Positions 19,499 through 29,207 are shown, numbered from the stretch's first letter. The stretch: DNA of 64,000 nucleotides from Gemmatimonadota bacterium (GCA_036679605.1 JAZDCZ010000254.1:96001-160000); one strand, 5' to 3'. Notes: generated by a model not told the origin, from the sequence alone. Translations and numbers: made by a program.

Positions 19499-20476
19499 GT
19501 GGCACGGTATATCGCCGGCCGGTTTGCTAACGGAGTAGGAATTGTATTCCTAGTAGCAACCCTCTCGTTCGTCCTGATTCGGGTAGCTCCGGGAGATCCA
19601 TACACGAGAATGTGGGAGGCGTCCTCCGCGTCACCCGAATTCGTGGCGAGAGCGCGGCAGCGATTGGGACTAGACCTTCCTTTGCACCGACAGTACTTGA
19701 CCTACCTCTCCAATCTGGCGCGAGGTGATTGGGGAGATTCAATCTCCGAACACCGACCCGTGTGGGATGCGATCAAGGATCGAATCCCAGCTACAGTTAC
19801 GCTCGCTAGCGCCGCGTTGCTCATCCAGCTCGTCATCGGCGTCGCCGTTGGTGCGCTTCAAGGAGCACATCCTGGCACTCGCACGGACGACGCTCTGACG
19901 GCGGCTACACTGACCCTTTACTCGATCCCGGTGTTCTGGCTGGGATTGATGTTGCTGCTCATCTTCTCCCAGGGTCTAGGCATACTGCCGGTCACCGGCG
20001 CGAAAACCGCTGCTATCTACGATCACCTGCCGTTTTTCGGAAAACTCTGGGACCGAGCACGTCATCTATTTCTCCCAGCAGTCACTCTCGGCCTTGCTGG
20101 GGCCGCCGGAACCGCACGGTATCAACGTGCCGCAATGCTCGATGCGATCCATCAAGACTTCGTCCGCACAGCTCGTGCGAAGGGGTTGAGAGAGAGCGCC
20201 GTACTCTTTCGCCATGCACTGCGTAACGCCCTGCTGCCGATAGTGACCATTTTCGGCTTGTCGTTTCCAATCCTGCTTTCCGGTGCTGTCCTGGTCGAAT
20301 CTGTGTTCGCCTGGCCCGGCCTCGGCAAATTTGTGGTGGACGCAATCGCGCACCGCGACTATCACGTGGTAACAAGTGCAACCATTGTAGCAGCCATCAT
20401 GGTGGTTATCGGCAACCTCTTGGCTGACATTCTTTATCGCGTCGTGGACCCCCGCACGAGCGTGGAGGCTCCGTGA
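19499..20476 (+). CDS. Peptide ABC transporter permease (DppB/OppB)
   Basis: APGDP, SIPVFWLG, EAA loop FVRTARAKGL, HALRNALLP. Confidence 0.93.
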   Translation: MARYIAGRFANGVGIVFLVATLSFVLIRVAPGDPYTRMWEASSASPEFVARARQRLGLDLPLHRQYLTYLSNLARGDWGDSISEHRPVWDAIKDRIPATVTLASAALLIQLVIGVAVGALQGAHPGTRTDDALTAATLTLYSIPVFWLGLMLLLIFSQGLGILPVTGAKTAAIYDHLPFFGKLWDRARHLFLPAVTLGLAGAAGTARYQRAAMLDAIHQDFVRTARAKGLRESAVLFRHALRNALLPIVTIFGLSFPILLSGAVLVESVFAWPGLGKFVVDAIAHRDYHVVTSATIVAAIMVVIGNLLADILYRVVDPRTSVEAP

Positions 20477-21306
20477 ACGGATGGCGCCGTTTGCTGCGAA
20501 ACAGACGCACTGCCGTCGGTATAGGCGTGATCGTTTTCTTGGTTACCGCTGCAGCACTCGCTCCACTCCTCGCATCGTATAGCCCGTCGGCCCAGCTGGA
20601 CATCACCTCCGGAAGGGCGCTACCGCCTTCGTTGTTGCACCCGTTCGGGACCGATATCTTTAGCCGCGATCTGTTGAGCCGTGTGTTATACGGAGCAAGG
20701 ATATCGCTCCTAATCGCGTTCCTCTCAATGCTTCTCTCGGTGACGATTGGCACAGGGGTAGGATTGGTGTCGGGTATGTTTGGCGGCATCCTAGACATTG
20801 TCATCATGCGCGCAGTCGACGCCGCGCTGGCGATACCTCGAGTTTTTCTGCTCCTAGTAGTCTTGGCCCTTTGGGAGCGCGTTGACGTCGTTGGTCTTAT
20901 CACAATCCTCGGCCTCACCAGTTGGTTCGGCACAAGCAGAATAGTGCGTGCAGAAGTGTTGAGCCTGATGCAGCGCGATTTCATCGCAGCAACGCGATCG
21001 CTCGGAATCGGCCGAGGACGTGTGTTGCTGCATCACCTCCTGCCGAACGTGATCGCACCGATCGGAGTTACGTCGACACTCGGGATAGGTCAGATCATTC
21101 TGATTGAAGCCGGGCTGTCGTATTTGGGAGTAGGGGTGCAGGAACCAACTGCGTCACTCGGCAGGATGATGCAAGGCGGAAGCTCAATGCTTCAAACAGC
21201 ACCATGGATTTCCATCTTTCCCGGTTTGATCATAGTGTTGACTGTGATCGGTTTTAGCATGCTCGCTGACGGACTGCGCGATACCATGGATCCACGAACC
21301 CAATGA
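20473..21306 (+). CDS. Peptide ABC transporter permease (DppC/OppC)
   Basis: HPFGTD, YGARISL, HLLPNV, EAGLSYLG, DGLRD. Confidence 0.93.
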   Translation: MNGWRRLLRNRRTAVGIGVIVFLVTAAALAPLLASYSPSAQLDITSGRALPPSLLHPFGTDIFSRDLLSRVLYGARISLLIAFLSMLLSVTIGTGVGLVSGMFGGILDIVIMRAVDAALAIPRVFLLLVVLALWERVDVVGLITILGLTSWFGTSRIVRAEVLSLMQRDFIAATRSLGIGRGRVLLHHLLPNVIAPIGVTSTLGIGQIILIEAGLSYLGVGVQEPTASLGRMMQGGSSMLQTAPWISIFPGLIIVLTVIGFSMLADGLRDTMDPRTQ

Positions 21307-22280
21307 GCTGCGTGCTCAGCGTTCAGAATCTCAGAACGTACTTCACCACGGATCGAGGAGAAGCTCGGGCAGTGGACGACGTATCGTTCGACCTCTTCGA
21401 AGGCGAGACACTCGGCATCGTGGGTGAGTCCGGATGTGGCAAGACTGCAACCGCATTGTCAATACTTCGACTCATCGACCCTCCTGGACGAATTCTAGAC
21501 AGGAGCAAGATTCGATATGCCGGGCGCAATCTGTTGTTGCTACGACCGGACGAACTTCGCGCCATACGAGGTGCCGAGATAGCAATGATCTTCCAGGAAC
21601 CCGCTACGAGCCTCAATCCCGTGCTAACAATTGGAACTCAAATCTCGGAGACATTACGAGCCCATCTCGATATCACACGCGCTGGTGCAAAGGACCGCTC
21701 AATCGAATTGCTGTCGATGGTAGGAATTCCCGAACCAGAGAAACATGTTCGCCGTTATCCTCACGAGCTGAGTGGTGGTATGCAACAGCGGGCCATGATT
21801 GCCATGGCACTGTCGTGCAATCCCAAGATCTTGATCGCTGATGAACCGACCACTGCACTCGACGTTACCGTACAGGCACAGATTATCGACCTAATGCTGG
21901 ATCTCAAGGAACGCCTCGGCATGGCAATGATCCTGATCACGCATGACTTGGGAATCGTGGCGGGGATAGCCGACAGAGTCGCTGTGATGTACGCTGGCAA
22001 AATCGTTGAACAGGCACCTACCAGACAGTTGTTCGAGCAACCGACACACCCATACACTCAGGCACTTCTGCGGGCTATACCGAGATTGGATCAACCCGTC
22101 GATCGACTTACGGTGATTCCGGGAGCGGTGCCTCCGGCCACAGATTGGCCGGCAGCTTGTCGTTTTCACCCACGCTGCCCCCAGGCCTGGGAACTGTGCA
22201 GGTCGAAGGAACCCCTGCTCGAACATCTCGAGCAACAACACACGGCAAGATGTTGGCTCACGGATCGGAATAAAAGGTGA
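21303..22280 (+). CDS. Peptide ABC transporter ATPase (DppD/OppD)
   Basis: GESGCGKT, LSGGMQQR, ADEPTTALD, C-terminal CRFHPRC. Confidence 0.95.
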   Translation: MSCVLSVQNLRTYFTTDRGEARAVDDVSFDLFEGETLGIVGESGCGKTATALSILRLIDPPGRILDRSKIRYAGRNLLLLRPDELRAIRGAEIAMIFQEPATSLNPVLTIGTQISETLRAHLDITRAGAKDRSIELLSMVGIPEPEKHVRRYPHELSGGMQQRAMIAMALSCNPKILIADEPTTALDVTVQAQIIDLMLDLKERLGMAMILITHDLGIVAGIADRVAVMYAGKIVEQAPTRQLFEQPTHPYTQALLRAIPRLDQPVDRLTVIPGAVPPATDWPAACRFHPRCPQAWELCRSKEPLLEHLEQQHTARCWLTDRNKR

Positions 22281-23251
22281 GCCGCGCGTCGTCGCTACTG
22301 ACAATCGAGGCACTGGTAAAAACCTATTCCAGATCAAGCGGGCTATTTGGTAAAACAGACCCGGTGCGAGCACTGGATGGGGTGGACATGTCAATCAACC
22401 GAGGAGAAGCCCTAGGCTTGGTTGGCGAGAGCGGTAGTGGAAAAACTACGCTGGCCCGGTGCGTGATCCGGCTTGTCAAGGCCACGAGCGGCCGTGTGAT
22501 ATTCGATGGGGTAGATGTACTCAAGGCCGACTCGCTCACCCTCCGCACCCTGCGCCAGCGGATGCAGATCGTTTTTCAGGATCCGTTTGGATCGCTTAAT
22601 CCGCGGATGACCGTTGGAGCGGCGGTTCGGGAGCCGATCGAGGCACACAAAATCGCAGAGAAACAAGAGGCTCGCGATAGAGTGGAGTCTCTGTTTGAGG
22701 AAGTCGGATTGGATCCAACTTACACTTCGAGCTATCCACACCAGCTCTCGGGCGGACAGCGGCAGCGGATAGGCATTGCCCGGGCATTGTCGGTGGAGCC
22801 CGAGTTCGTCGTACTCGACGAGCCGGTCTCCGCGCTGGACGTCTCGGTACAAGCTCAAGTGCTCAATCTTCTTTCCGACCTGCGTGCTAACCGAGGTTTG
22901 ACGTACCTGTTCATCGCGCACGACCTCGCGGTAGTGCGTCACATTGCCGACCGTGTTGCAGTCATGTACTCGGGGCGATTGATGGAGGTAGCGTTCGTGA
23001 CCGACACGTACGACGAACCGCTTCACCCCTACACGACTTCCTTGCTCTCCGCGGTACCGGTACCAGACCCGCGGGTTCGGAGGGAACGGATTATCTTGAC
23101 GGGAGACGCATCGGCCCGGCGACCGACCTCTGGGTGCGTATTCGAGCCGAGGTGTCCACATCCCAAGAAGAACGAACTATGTCGGATGGAGATACCTCCC
23201 CTTCGAGAGATACGCACGGCACGGTTAGTCGCCTGCCACCACGCGGAATAA
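22277..23251 (+). CDS. Peptide ABC transporter ATPase (DppF/OppF)
   Basis: GESGSGKT, LSGGQRQR, LDEPVSALD, HPYT, VACH. Confidence 0.95.
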   Translation: MSRASSLLTIEALVKTYSRSSGLFGKTDPVRALDGVDMSINRGEALGLVGESGSGKTTLARCVIRLVKATSGRVIFDGVDVLKADSLTLRTLRQRMQIVFQDPFGSLNPRMTVGAAVREPIEAHKIAEKQEARDRVESLFEEVGLDPTYTSSYPHQLSGGQRQRIGIARALSVEPEFVVLDEPVSALDVSVQAQVLNLLSDLRANRGLTYLFIAHDLAVVRHIADRVAVMYSGRLMEVAFVTDTYDEPLHPYTTSLLSAVPVPDPRVRRERIILTGDASARRPTSGCVFEPRCPHPKKNELCRMEIPPLREIRTARLVACHHAE

Positions 23252-23259
23252 TGCATGAA

Positions 23260-23450
23260 CGTCCGCATGGACTCCTAGCTTCACGATGCGCACATTGCTA
23301 GCCGAAGTGGAACCGCTTTCGATCTTGCCAGTAGCGACTACATAGTTATTCCCGGCGTACCGATGTCTGTAGGCCTACTGGTAATAGTCAGCCTGTTGAC
23401 CAGGCCCTCGGAACCGGAGAAGTGGGCCCCGTTCTTTGAAGATCCGGACG
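23260..23450. ncRNA. Candidate rod-shaped structured RNA (6S-like)
   Basis: Nested pairings CGTCCG/CGGACG, CTTCA/TGAAG, TTGCCAGTAG/CTACTGGTAA, CTACA/TGTAG and CGG-cgta-CCG; about 190 nt. Folded by eye only. Confidence 0.3.
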
Positions 23451-23451
23451 A

Positions 23452-23856
23452 TCAGCCCGCCTGATCGAACAGGTCGTTCTGATCTGTGGTTTCCACACCT
23501 TCGGACTCCAGGAAAGTACGGAGCCGCCGAGTCCAGTCTGCAACATTGAAACGCGATTCTGTAAGCAGCATGCGTCCGAGTACGTCCGGAAAGTCATCGA
23601 ACGCGTCCAAAAGGTCCGACAACATTTCTCGCGCCTCTTGAATCTGGAAGCGCTCATCGCTCGCAACAGCAACGTCGCGCAAAATGGCTCGTTCGCTACG
23701 GGAGGCAACTATGGGCTCATCGATGGTCGTTGTATAAACCTCGGTGCGCCGTCCCGGACCTCTTTCCGATTCAATCGGCATTAGACCGACAATTGCGTCC
23801 GATCTCCAATACCTGCCATAGCCTAGTGAAACCATCCGATTTGGTCTGATATCCAT
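23452..23856 (-). CDS. Hypothetical protein, possibly distant RemA/DUF370-like
   Basis: 134-aa ORF 9 nt after the PspA-like gene; VSLGYGRY..SDAIVG and GRRTEVY...IVAS resemble RemA motifs as I recall them. Confidence 0.7.
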   Translation of the reverse strand: MDIRPNRMVSLGYGRYWRSDAIVGLMPIESERGPGRRTEVYTTTIDEPIVASRSERAILRDVAVASDERFQIQEAREMLSDLLDAFDDFPDVLGRMLLTESRFNVADWTRRLRTFLESEGVETTDQNDLFDQAG

Positions 23857-23865
23857 AAGTTCTTC

Positions 23866-24408
23866 CTACTTTCCCATCTTTTTCTTTAAAGCCTCTAGCT
23901 GAGCATCTGCTCGTGCCTCACGAGCAGCGCGATCCATTTCGGAGCGAAGCAATTCACCAGCGAGATCGGATTCCGGGCGAGTTCCTCCGGCCTGTTCTAT
24001 CTCCCGCCATGCAGCTTCGGCGTGACTCGATCCGACCCGCTTTAGATCAGCCATCATATCCGCAAGCTCGCGTTCAGCCAGAGACAACTCAGCCCGCTGG
24101 ACATCCAGCTTTTGTTCGAGCACCTCCACCCGCTGGCGGTGTTTCTCGCCAAAACGCTCGGCTACCTGGACCGTCTCATGGTCTTCAATCTTGCTCGCAA
24201 GCCGTCCCCGGCGTTCTGCGTCCTCCAACTGCCCTCGTTGTACCGACAGCTCTTTGTCCGTATCCGACACAGCCCTGCGCATCAGATCGATTCCCGATTT
24301 GGCCTCTATGACCGCTTCCCGCATTTTGCTCGCCGCTTCACGTGGATCTTGCGGAGAGGTGGCTGCATCGAGAGCGGCGTTAAGAGCCGCGCGAAGATTC
24401 TCGAACAC
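23866..24408 (-). CDS. PspA/IM30 (ESCRT-III-like) family protein
   Basis: Amphipathic MFENLRAALNAALD...DP start, long coiled coil, C-terminal DAQLEALKKKMG. Confidence 0.7.
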   Translation of the reverse strand: MFENLRAALNAALDAATSPQDPREAASKMREAVIEAKSGIDLMRRAVSDTDKELSVQRGQLEDAERRGRLASKIEDHETVQVAERFGEKHRQRVEVLEQKLDVQRAELSLAERELADMMADLKRVGSSHAEAAWREIEQAGGTRPESDLAGELLRSEMDRAAREARADAQLEALKKKMGK

Positions 24409-24572
24409 TAGCTCTTTCGAATTGTCTTGGCATAGAAAGGGGTGAAGACATGCCGAACTTCCTTCGATCCACAGTTACTACAACTCGGCCGGCTTTCGCC
24501 GGCTTTCTTTATAGGAGACACTCGAGTGAAGCGTTTGCGACAAACGGTACACTCGTATTCATAGATTGGCAT
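24408..24572 (-). CDS. FmdB-family zinc-ribbon protein (54 aa, below the track cutoff)
   Basis: Manual translation MPIYEYECTVCRKRFTRVSPIKKAGESRPSCSNCGSKEVRHVFTPFYAKTIRKS*; its TAG overlaps the GTG of the PspA-like gene (TAGTG). Confidence 0.9.
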   Translation of the reverse strand: MPIYEYECTVCRKRFTRVSPIKKAGESRPSCSNCGSKEVRHVFTPFYAKTIRKS

Positions 24573-24607
24573 GACCCGAATTCCGTAATTAAAAGATGTA
24601 ACGTAAA

Positions 24608-24636
24608 ACGATACGCGCGCCTCCCCGAGCGGTCAA
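24608..24636 (-). promoter_or_regulatory. Sigma-70-type promoter of the zinc-ribbon/PspA operon
   Basis: TTGACC-N17-TATCGT on the minus strand, 35 nt before ATG 24572; the -35 box is flanked by the inverted repeat CTCCCCG/CGGGGAG (24621-24647). Confidence 0.5.
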
Positions 24637-24696
24637 GCAACGGGGAGACCGTCCCTCCGACTAGTCAGGGACCGTCGATGAATTTAGGTTCATCAA

Positions 24697-25185
24697 ATGA
24701 AACCGATCCTTCTGATTCTGGTGTTAACGCTCACATCCTGCACCGACGGGAACCCGGAAAATAATCCTGTGTGTGGGATCTCCGCCATGGCTGCCGCATC
24801 GATGGCGCTCGAGCAATTTGGAACACCGGGCAGGCTGTTCCGGGAAATCCCCGATGGAATCGAAGGTGTGGTGCCGGCCAGAGTGGTCGGTTATGGAACG
24901 GCTCGAGCAGTAGCGGGGACAGGTCCAAGCGGTCTCATCCTCGGCTACGAAGGTGATGGATTCCCTCAATTGCCGGGCTTTGGTCTCCTCATGGTAGAGG
25001 ACTCACTCGAGACCTTCAAAGGAGTCCTCATTTTCGATATAGACCCGCCGCAAGGGATACTGGGCTTGGGAACCATTTCTAATTCCACGGTCACCATGCC
25101 ACTCTACGGTCTGCGAGTCACATGGAGTGCAGTGAGCAGCGAGCGCTGCCCCTTATTCGCACCACTAGATACCGCTGCGCGGTAG
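24697..25185 (+). CDS. Hypothetical lipoprotein
   Basis: MKPILLILVLTLTSC lipobox; two further Cys that could form a disulfide. Confidence 0.75.
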   Translation: MKPILLILVLTLTSCTDGNPENNPVCGISAMAAASMALEQFGTPGRLFREIPDGIEGVVPARVVGYGTARAVAGTGPSGLILGYEGDGFPQLPGFGLLMVEDSLETFKGVLIFDIDPPQGILGLGTISNSTVTMPLYGLRVTWSAVSSERCPLFAPLDTAAR

Positions 25186-25221
25186 CCCCTCAGATCCGTC
25201 CCACGAACGGTTGCAGATCCG

Positions 25222-25950
25222 TCACGAGAGCAGCCGTGATTCATCAACCACCTGCCTCATGAGCCTGTCGGGATTGGATTTGTCCGGGAAGAATAGCTCG
25301 TCTGACAGCTTGTTCAGACCCACGCGGAGCCGCGCGAACGATTCGGCGGCCTGTGAATAGATATCGACCATATCGAAGTCGCGGGCCAAACGATGCTCTG
25401 ACGCCAACTTGAACCCCATAGTCCCCATCTCTTCAAAGTACCGCATGTTCGGTGCGCCCCGCCGATGTACTCTTGCCGTTATGTGGTCCGGGAAAACTCC
25501 GGTCAACCAGAGACTGAAGTTTCCGAGGTGGGCCTGCAGCAGGAATCTGCGCCTCCCCGACTCAGCCTCGATGTCGGCAACTATGTCTGCAACGTACCTG
25601 TACACCTGATCGTCGTGACCGGCAATTTGGTAGGCCCGTTCGCGCGCGCCGAACGCAGATAGCAGTGCTCCTACATAGTTGCTGAGACGCCGATCTTCTA
25701 TGCCTACGAGGCGAAGCGTATTGCGAACAGCAACGCAAATGAAAAGTGCCGGCGATGGCACGTCGATACCCGACACGTCACGTAGCAAATCCAATAGGGT
25801 CGGATCATCGAGCAGCTCGTCGATGCCCTGTTCTTCGGCCACCCGCTCAAGCTCGCGCCGCCTCGACTGATCTCCGCGCGACAGCACTTGCACTACCAAC
25901 TCTACGTCTCTCGGACTGAGACGTTCCTGCAGATTGGCAATAATCATCAT
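25222..25950 (-). CDS. Helical hypothetical protein
   Basis: 242 aa with GGAGG SD; conserved-looking HLGNFSLWLTGVFPDHI and YFEEMG segments; function not recognised. Confidence 0.75.
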   Translation of the reverse strand: MMIIANLQERLSPRDVELVVQVLSRGDQSRRRELERVAEEQGIDELLDDPTLLDLLRDVSGIDVPSPALFICVAVRNTLRLVGIEDRRLSNYVGALLSAFGARERAYQIAGHDDQVYRYVADIVADIEAESGRRRFLLQAHLGNFSLWLTGVFPDHITARVHRRGAPNMRYFEEMGTMGFKLASEHRLARDFDMVDIYSQAAESFARLRVGLNKLSDELFFPDKSNPDRLMRQVVDESRLLS

Positions 25951-26226
25951 TCCACCTCCGATGAAAGGTCGCCATCCAACAGATTCTCATCCCTCTAGTG
26001 CACTACGCTGGTGCCCCACCTTCATTATCGACAACGCCCTGCTGATCTGAAAAGATCCGCAAATTTCGCGCCCCAAATACTATTGATCGGAAGTCACGGA
26101 TCTGCAACAACTTCCGCCAGCCCCTCCATACTTGCCGCACAGCTCGTCTATATTGCGGGACATTTGATTGACCCTTGGGGTAGAATACCTAGACGCAAGC
26201 GCGAATACCGTAACGGAAATCACTTC

Positions 26227-26973
26227 ATGATCTATATATGCATTGCAGCAAGAAACGACGCCCCAACAGTGGGACTCTTGCTGTGGAAAATCCGGCAGGT
26301 CTTCGACGAGTTTCCACGAGAGTATCATCTCCTGGTTGCAGAAGACGCTTCGTCGGACGATACAGCCGAGGTGCTGGCACCGTATCAGAAGGCCCTACCT
26401 ATTACTGTGATTCGACACGAGAAACGCAAGGGCTACGCGGCCAGCTTGGAGTCACTCTTCCGCGAGGCGTTAGAACGCACCGATAGGCCGAGACGAGATT
26501 GCCTACTGACTGTGCCGGCCGATTTCTCGATAACGCCAGCAGTGCTACCAGATATTATCAAACGTACTGAATCGGGTGCCGATGTCGTCGTCGCAGATGC
26601 GATCCAAAACATCCCGTCAGCAGGACTTCGCCTAGTGCGCCGACTGGCCCCCTGGCTGCTCCAACCGGGATTGCGATTGAACGGATTCGGTGACGTGATG
26701 TCCGGTCTATATGCGATCCGCCTCATAACTCTCAAGAAGTGCCTGCAAGACGGAAGGGGTCCGCTGCTAAAAACCGAAGGAGCGTGCGCTAACGCCGAGC
26801 TAGTGGCGCGCGCCGCTTTAGCAGCCCGGCAGATTACGGTCGTACCCGTTTCGGCCGGTACAAACTCCACGATGGGCAAGAGAGGCAGCCCGATCGCCCT
26901 TGCGGTAGACCTTCTCCTGGCTGGCCGCAGGCTGAAAATTCCGGCGCCCCAAGCGATCGTGCAGAGGGCATAG
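26227..26973 (+). CDS. Glycosyltransferase family 2 (DPM1/ArnC-like), divergent
   Basis: IYICIAARND, VAEDASSDDT, KGYAASL, VPADFS, GADVV; ATG 26227. Confidence 0.8.
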   Translation: MIYICIAARNDAPTVGLLLWKIRQVFDEFPREYHLLVAEDASSDDTAEVLAPYQKALPITVIRHEKRKGYAASLESLFREALERTDRPRRDCLLTVPADFSITPAVLPDIIKRTESGADVVVADAIQNIPSAGLRLVRRLAPWLLQPGLRLNGFGDVMSGLYAIRLITLKKCLQDGRGPLLKTEGACANAELVARAALAARQITVVPVSAGTNSTMGKRGSPIALAVDLLLAGRRLKIPAPQAIVQRA

Positions 26974-27776
26974 TGACAGATCTCCAATTAGCGTTGCTCG
27001 CAATTTCGCTTGGCTGTGCTCCCCTCACTGCTCAATCGAGTGGAGCAACAACGATCGACTCCGGCGCTGCGACTGGGTTGTTTCCGGTGGGCGAGACGCT
27101 GCTCTACGAGGCGAAGTTCGGCCCGTTCAAGGTCGGCAACGGCATGATGCACGTCGCGGGCATAGACACCGTCCGGGGGGTACCTTCACTGCACGTCCTC
27201 TTCGTTCTGAGAGGCGGACCAATCTTCTACAGGTTGGACGACCGAATGGACTCATGGATCGGAATCCCAGACTTCAGTTCTCGTCGATTCGTCCAAGACT
27301 TCCACGAGGGAGGAAGTTACCGGCACACCGAGTGGGACATCTATCCCGACTCCGGCTACTATCGTCAGGACGGAATCGATTCTGTAATGGCGACCTCTGA
27401 GCTTCCACTCGATGACTACGCATTTTTCTATTTCATGCGAACTGTCGATCTCGAGGTTGGCGAGACCTACGAGTTCAACCGTTACTTCCGACCGGACCGC
27501 AATCCAGTGATTCTCAAGGTGCTCAAGAAGGACACTTTGGACTTACCTGCCGGCACCTTTCCCACCATAGTGGTTCACCCCATAATTCAGGGGCGAGGCA
27601 TACTGGCCGAGAGCAAAGAAGCAAGGATGTGGATTAGCGACGACGAACGGCACCTCATGGTCCAACTGCGGGTAAAGTTTTCGTCATTTGCGATCACGCT
27701 GCGCCTGACCGACATTGTCGAAGAGCCCCCCGCCGACATGTTGAAAGTGCCGACAGAGGGCTCTGGAGAAAACTAG
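26973..27776 (+). CDS. Secreted DUF3108-like beta-sheet protein
   Basis: Signal peptide; GETLLYEAKFG, LPAGTFPT, WISDDERHLMV. Confidence 0.7.
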   Translation: MTDLQLALLAISLGCAPLTAQSSGATTIDSGAATGLFPVGETLLYEAKFGPFKVGNGMMHVAGIDTVRGVPSLHVLFVLRGGPIFYRLDDRMDSWIGIPDFSSRRFVQDFHEGGSYRHTEWDIYPDSGYYRQDGIDSVMATSELPLDDYAFFYFMRTVDLEVGETYEFNRYFRPDRNPVILKVLKKDTLDLPAGTFPTIVVHPIIQGRGILAESKEARMWISDDERHLMVQLRVKFSSFAITLRLTDIVEEPPADMLKVPTEGSGEN

Positions 27777-27800
27777 ATAGCCCGGCGAGAACGACTAGAC

Positions 27801-28022
27801 CTAATCGGCCTCTTTCGGCTGGCCACGAATCGTCTCACGCATTCGACGTGCCGCCGACGGGCTCACAACTTTGAGAACGAGATAAAATACAAAGCCGATT
27901 GCGGCGAACCAAAGCAGCGACATAAACAGTGAGACCGCAAAACCTATCAGGCCAAGCACCAGCTTCAGAGCTACAATGCCGATGATAGCCACGATGGAAT
28001 ACCCTACTAATGTGCGAATCAT
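27801..28022 (-). CDS. Small two-TM membrane protein
   Basis: 73 aa, long hydrophobic hairpin and basic tail; GGAGAGG SD. Confidence 0.75.
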   Translation of the reverse strand: MIRTLVGYSIVAIIGIVALKLVLGLIGFAVSLFMSLLWFAAIGFVFYLVLKVVSPSAARRMRETIRGQPKEAD

Positions 28023-28097
28023 AGATCCTCTCCGGCTTTCCCATTTTCCAACAACTGTACGAACATATAGTTCACAAAGTTTCGACCTAAACCTGGC

Positions 28098-29207
28098 ATG
28101 TCGCTACCAGATATCCTAATTGTGGGTGGCGGCGTGATCGGCGTGGCCTGCGCTCGATCTCTTGCCCACCGCGGCCACACTGTAAACGTGATCGAACCCG
28201 GCCCCAAGACGGGTACGGCGTCACTCGCTGCCGCCGGCATGCTCGCTCCATTGGCCGAAGCCGTAGCCGAGGATCCATTGTTGGGCATGGGTGTTCGGGC
28301 CCGCGATCTCTACCACGATCTGGCGCCGGCGCTGCTGGAAGAGACGGCCATTGACATTGGCCTGTGGACAGAGGGAATTCTCCAAGTAACCTTCCGAAAA
28401 GTTGATGCGTCGGCAGTCAAGAACGAAGTCGCCTGGCAGCGTCAGAGTGGATTCCCGGCCGAATGGCTTTCGGCTGGAGAGCTACGTAAGCGCGCTCCTG
28501 GGATATCACAGGATGCTATCGGAGCGGCCCTGGCACCGGAAGATGGTGGCCTCGAACCTCTAGCACTCCTCGACGCTCTCACAAAGAGCGCCGAATCAAA
28601 GAATGCCACCATACTTCGTGGGGAAGTTGTAGAGGAAGTGCTGATTCGCGATGGTCGCGTTGATGGTGTCCGCACATCTTCTGAAACGCGTAGAGCCGGC
28701 GCCGTGATAATCGCCGCCGGTGCCTGGTCGGGACGCATCGCCGGGCTACCTCGACCGCTGTCCGTCGAACCGATCCGCGGGCAAATGGCTGCGCTCGACT
28801 GGCCGACCGACGAACCACGCGCGATCGTATACGGCGCCGGTGGGTACGTTATGCAGCGACGAGGTGAAGCGATAGTGGGAACAACGATGGAGTACGTCGG
28901 CTTCGACACGAGCGTAACGCCGACTGGATTGCGACACCTCTCCATGACCATGCGACGACTCTATCCCGCGCTCGAGGCCGTGGAGTTCAAACGAACCTGG
29001 AGCGGATTCAGACCCGGTACTCCCGACGGCCGACCCATCCTCGGACCCGACCCCGATGTCTCGGGGCTGTGGTACGCCACTGGGCATGGCAGGAACGGCA
29101 TCTTGCTGGCGGCGCTGTCAGGTGAGTTGCTCGCTCAGCTCTATGAGGGCGAGTCACCCGACCTCGATTTGTCAGCTGTCGATCCTGCCCGTTTCTGGGC
29201 TTCCTGA
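28098..29207 (+). CDS. thiO: Glycine oxidase ThiO (FAD-dependent, DAO family)
   Basis: IVGGGVIG, ASLAAAGMLAP, AAGAWS, PIRGQM, GFRPGTPDGRP, GHGRNGILLA. Confidence 0.85.
   Translation: MSLPDILIVGGGVIGVACARSLAHRGHTVNVIEPGPKTGTASLAAAGMLAPLAEAVAEDPLLGMGVRARDLYHDLAPALLEETAIDIGLWTEGILQVTFRKVDASAVKNEVAWQRQSGFPAEWLSAGELRKRAPGISQDAIGAALAPEDGGLEPLALLDALTKSAESKNATILRGEVVEEVLIRDGRVDGVRTSSETRRAGAVIIAAGAWSGRIAGLPRPLSVEPIRGQMAALDWPTDEPRAIVYGAGGYVMQRRGEAIVGTTMEYVGFDTSVTPTGLRHLSMTMRRLYPALEAVEFKRTWSGFRPGTPDGRPILGPDPDVSGLWYATGHGRNGILLAALSGELLAQLYEGESPDLDLSAVDPARFWAS

Noticed and set aside
28023..28097. TPP riboswitch upstream of thiO
   Set aside because: Short divergent gap with no CTGAGA or other TPP aptamer motifs.
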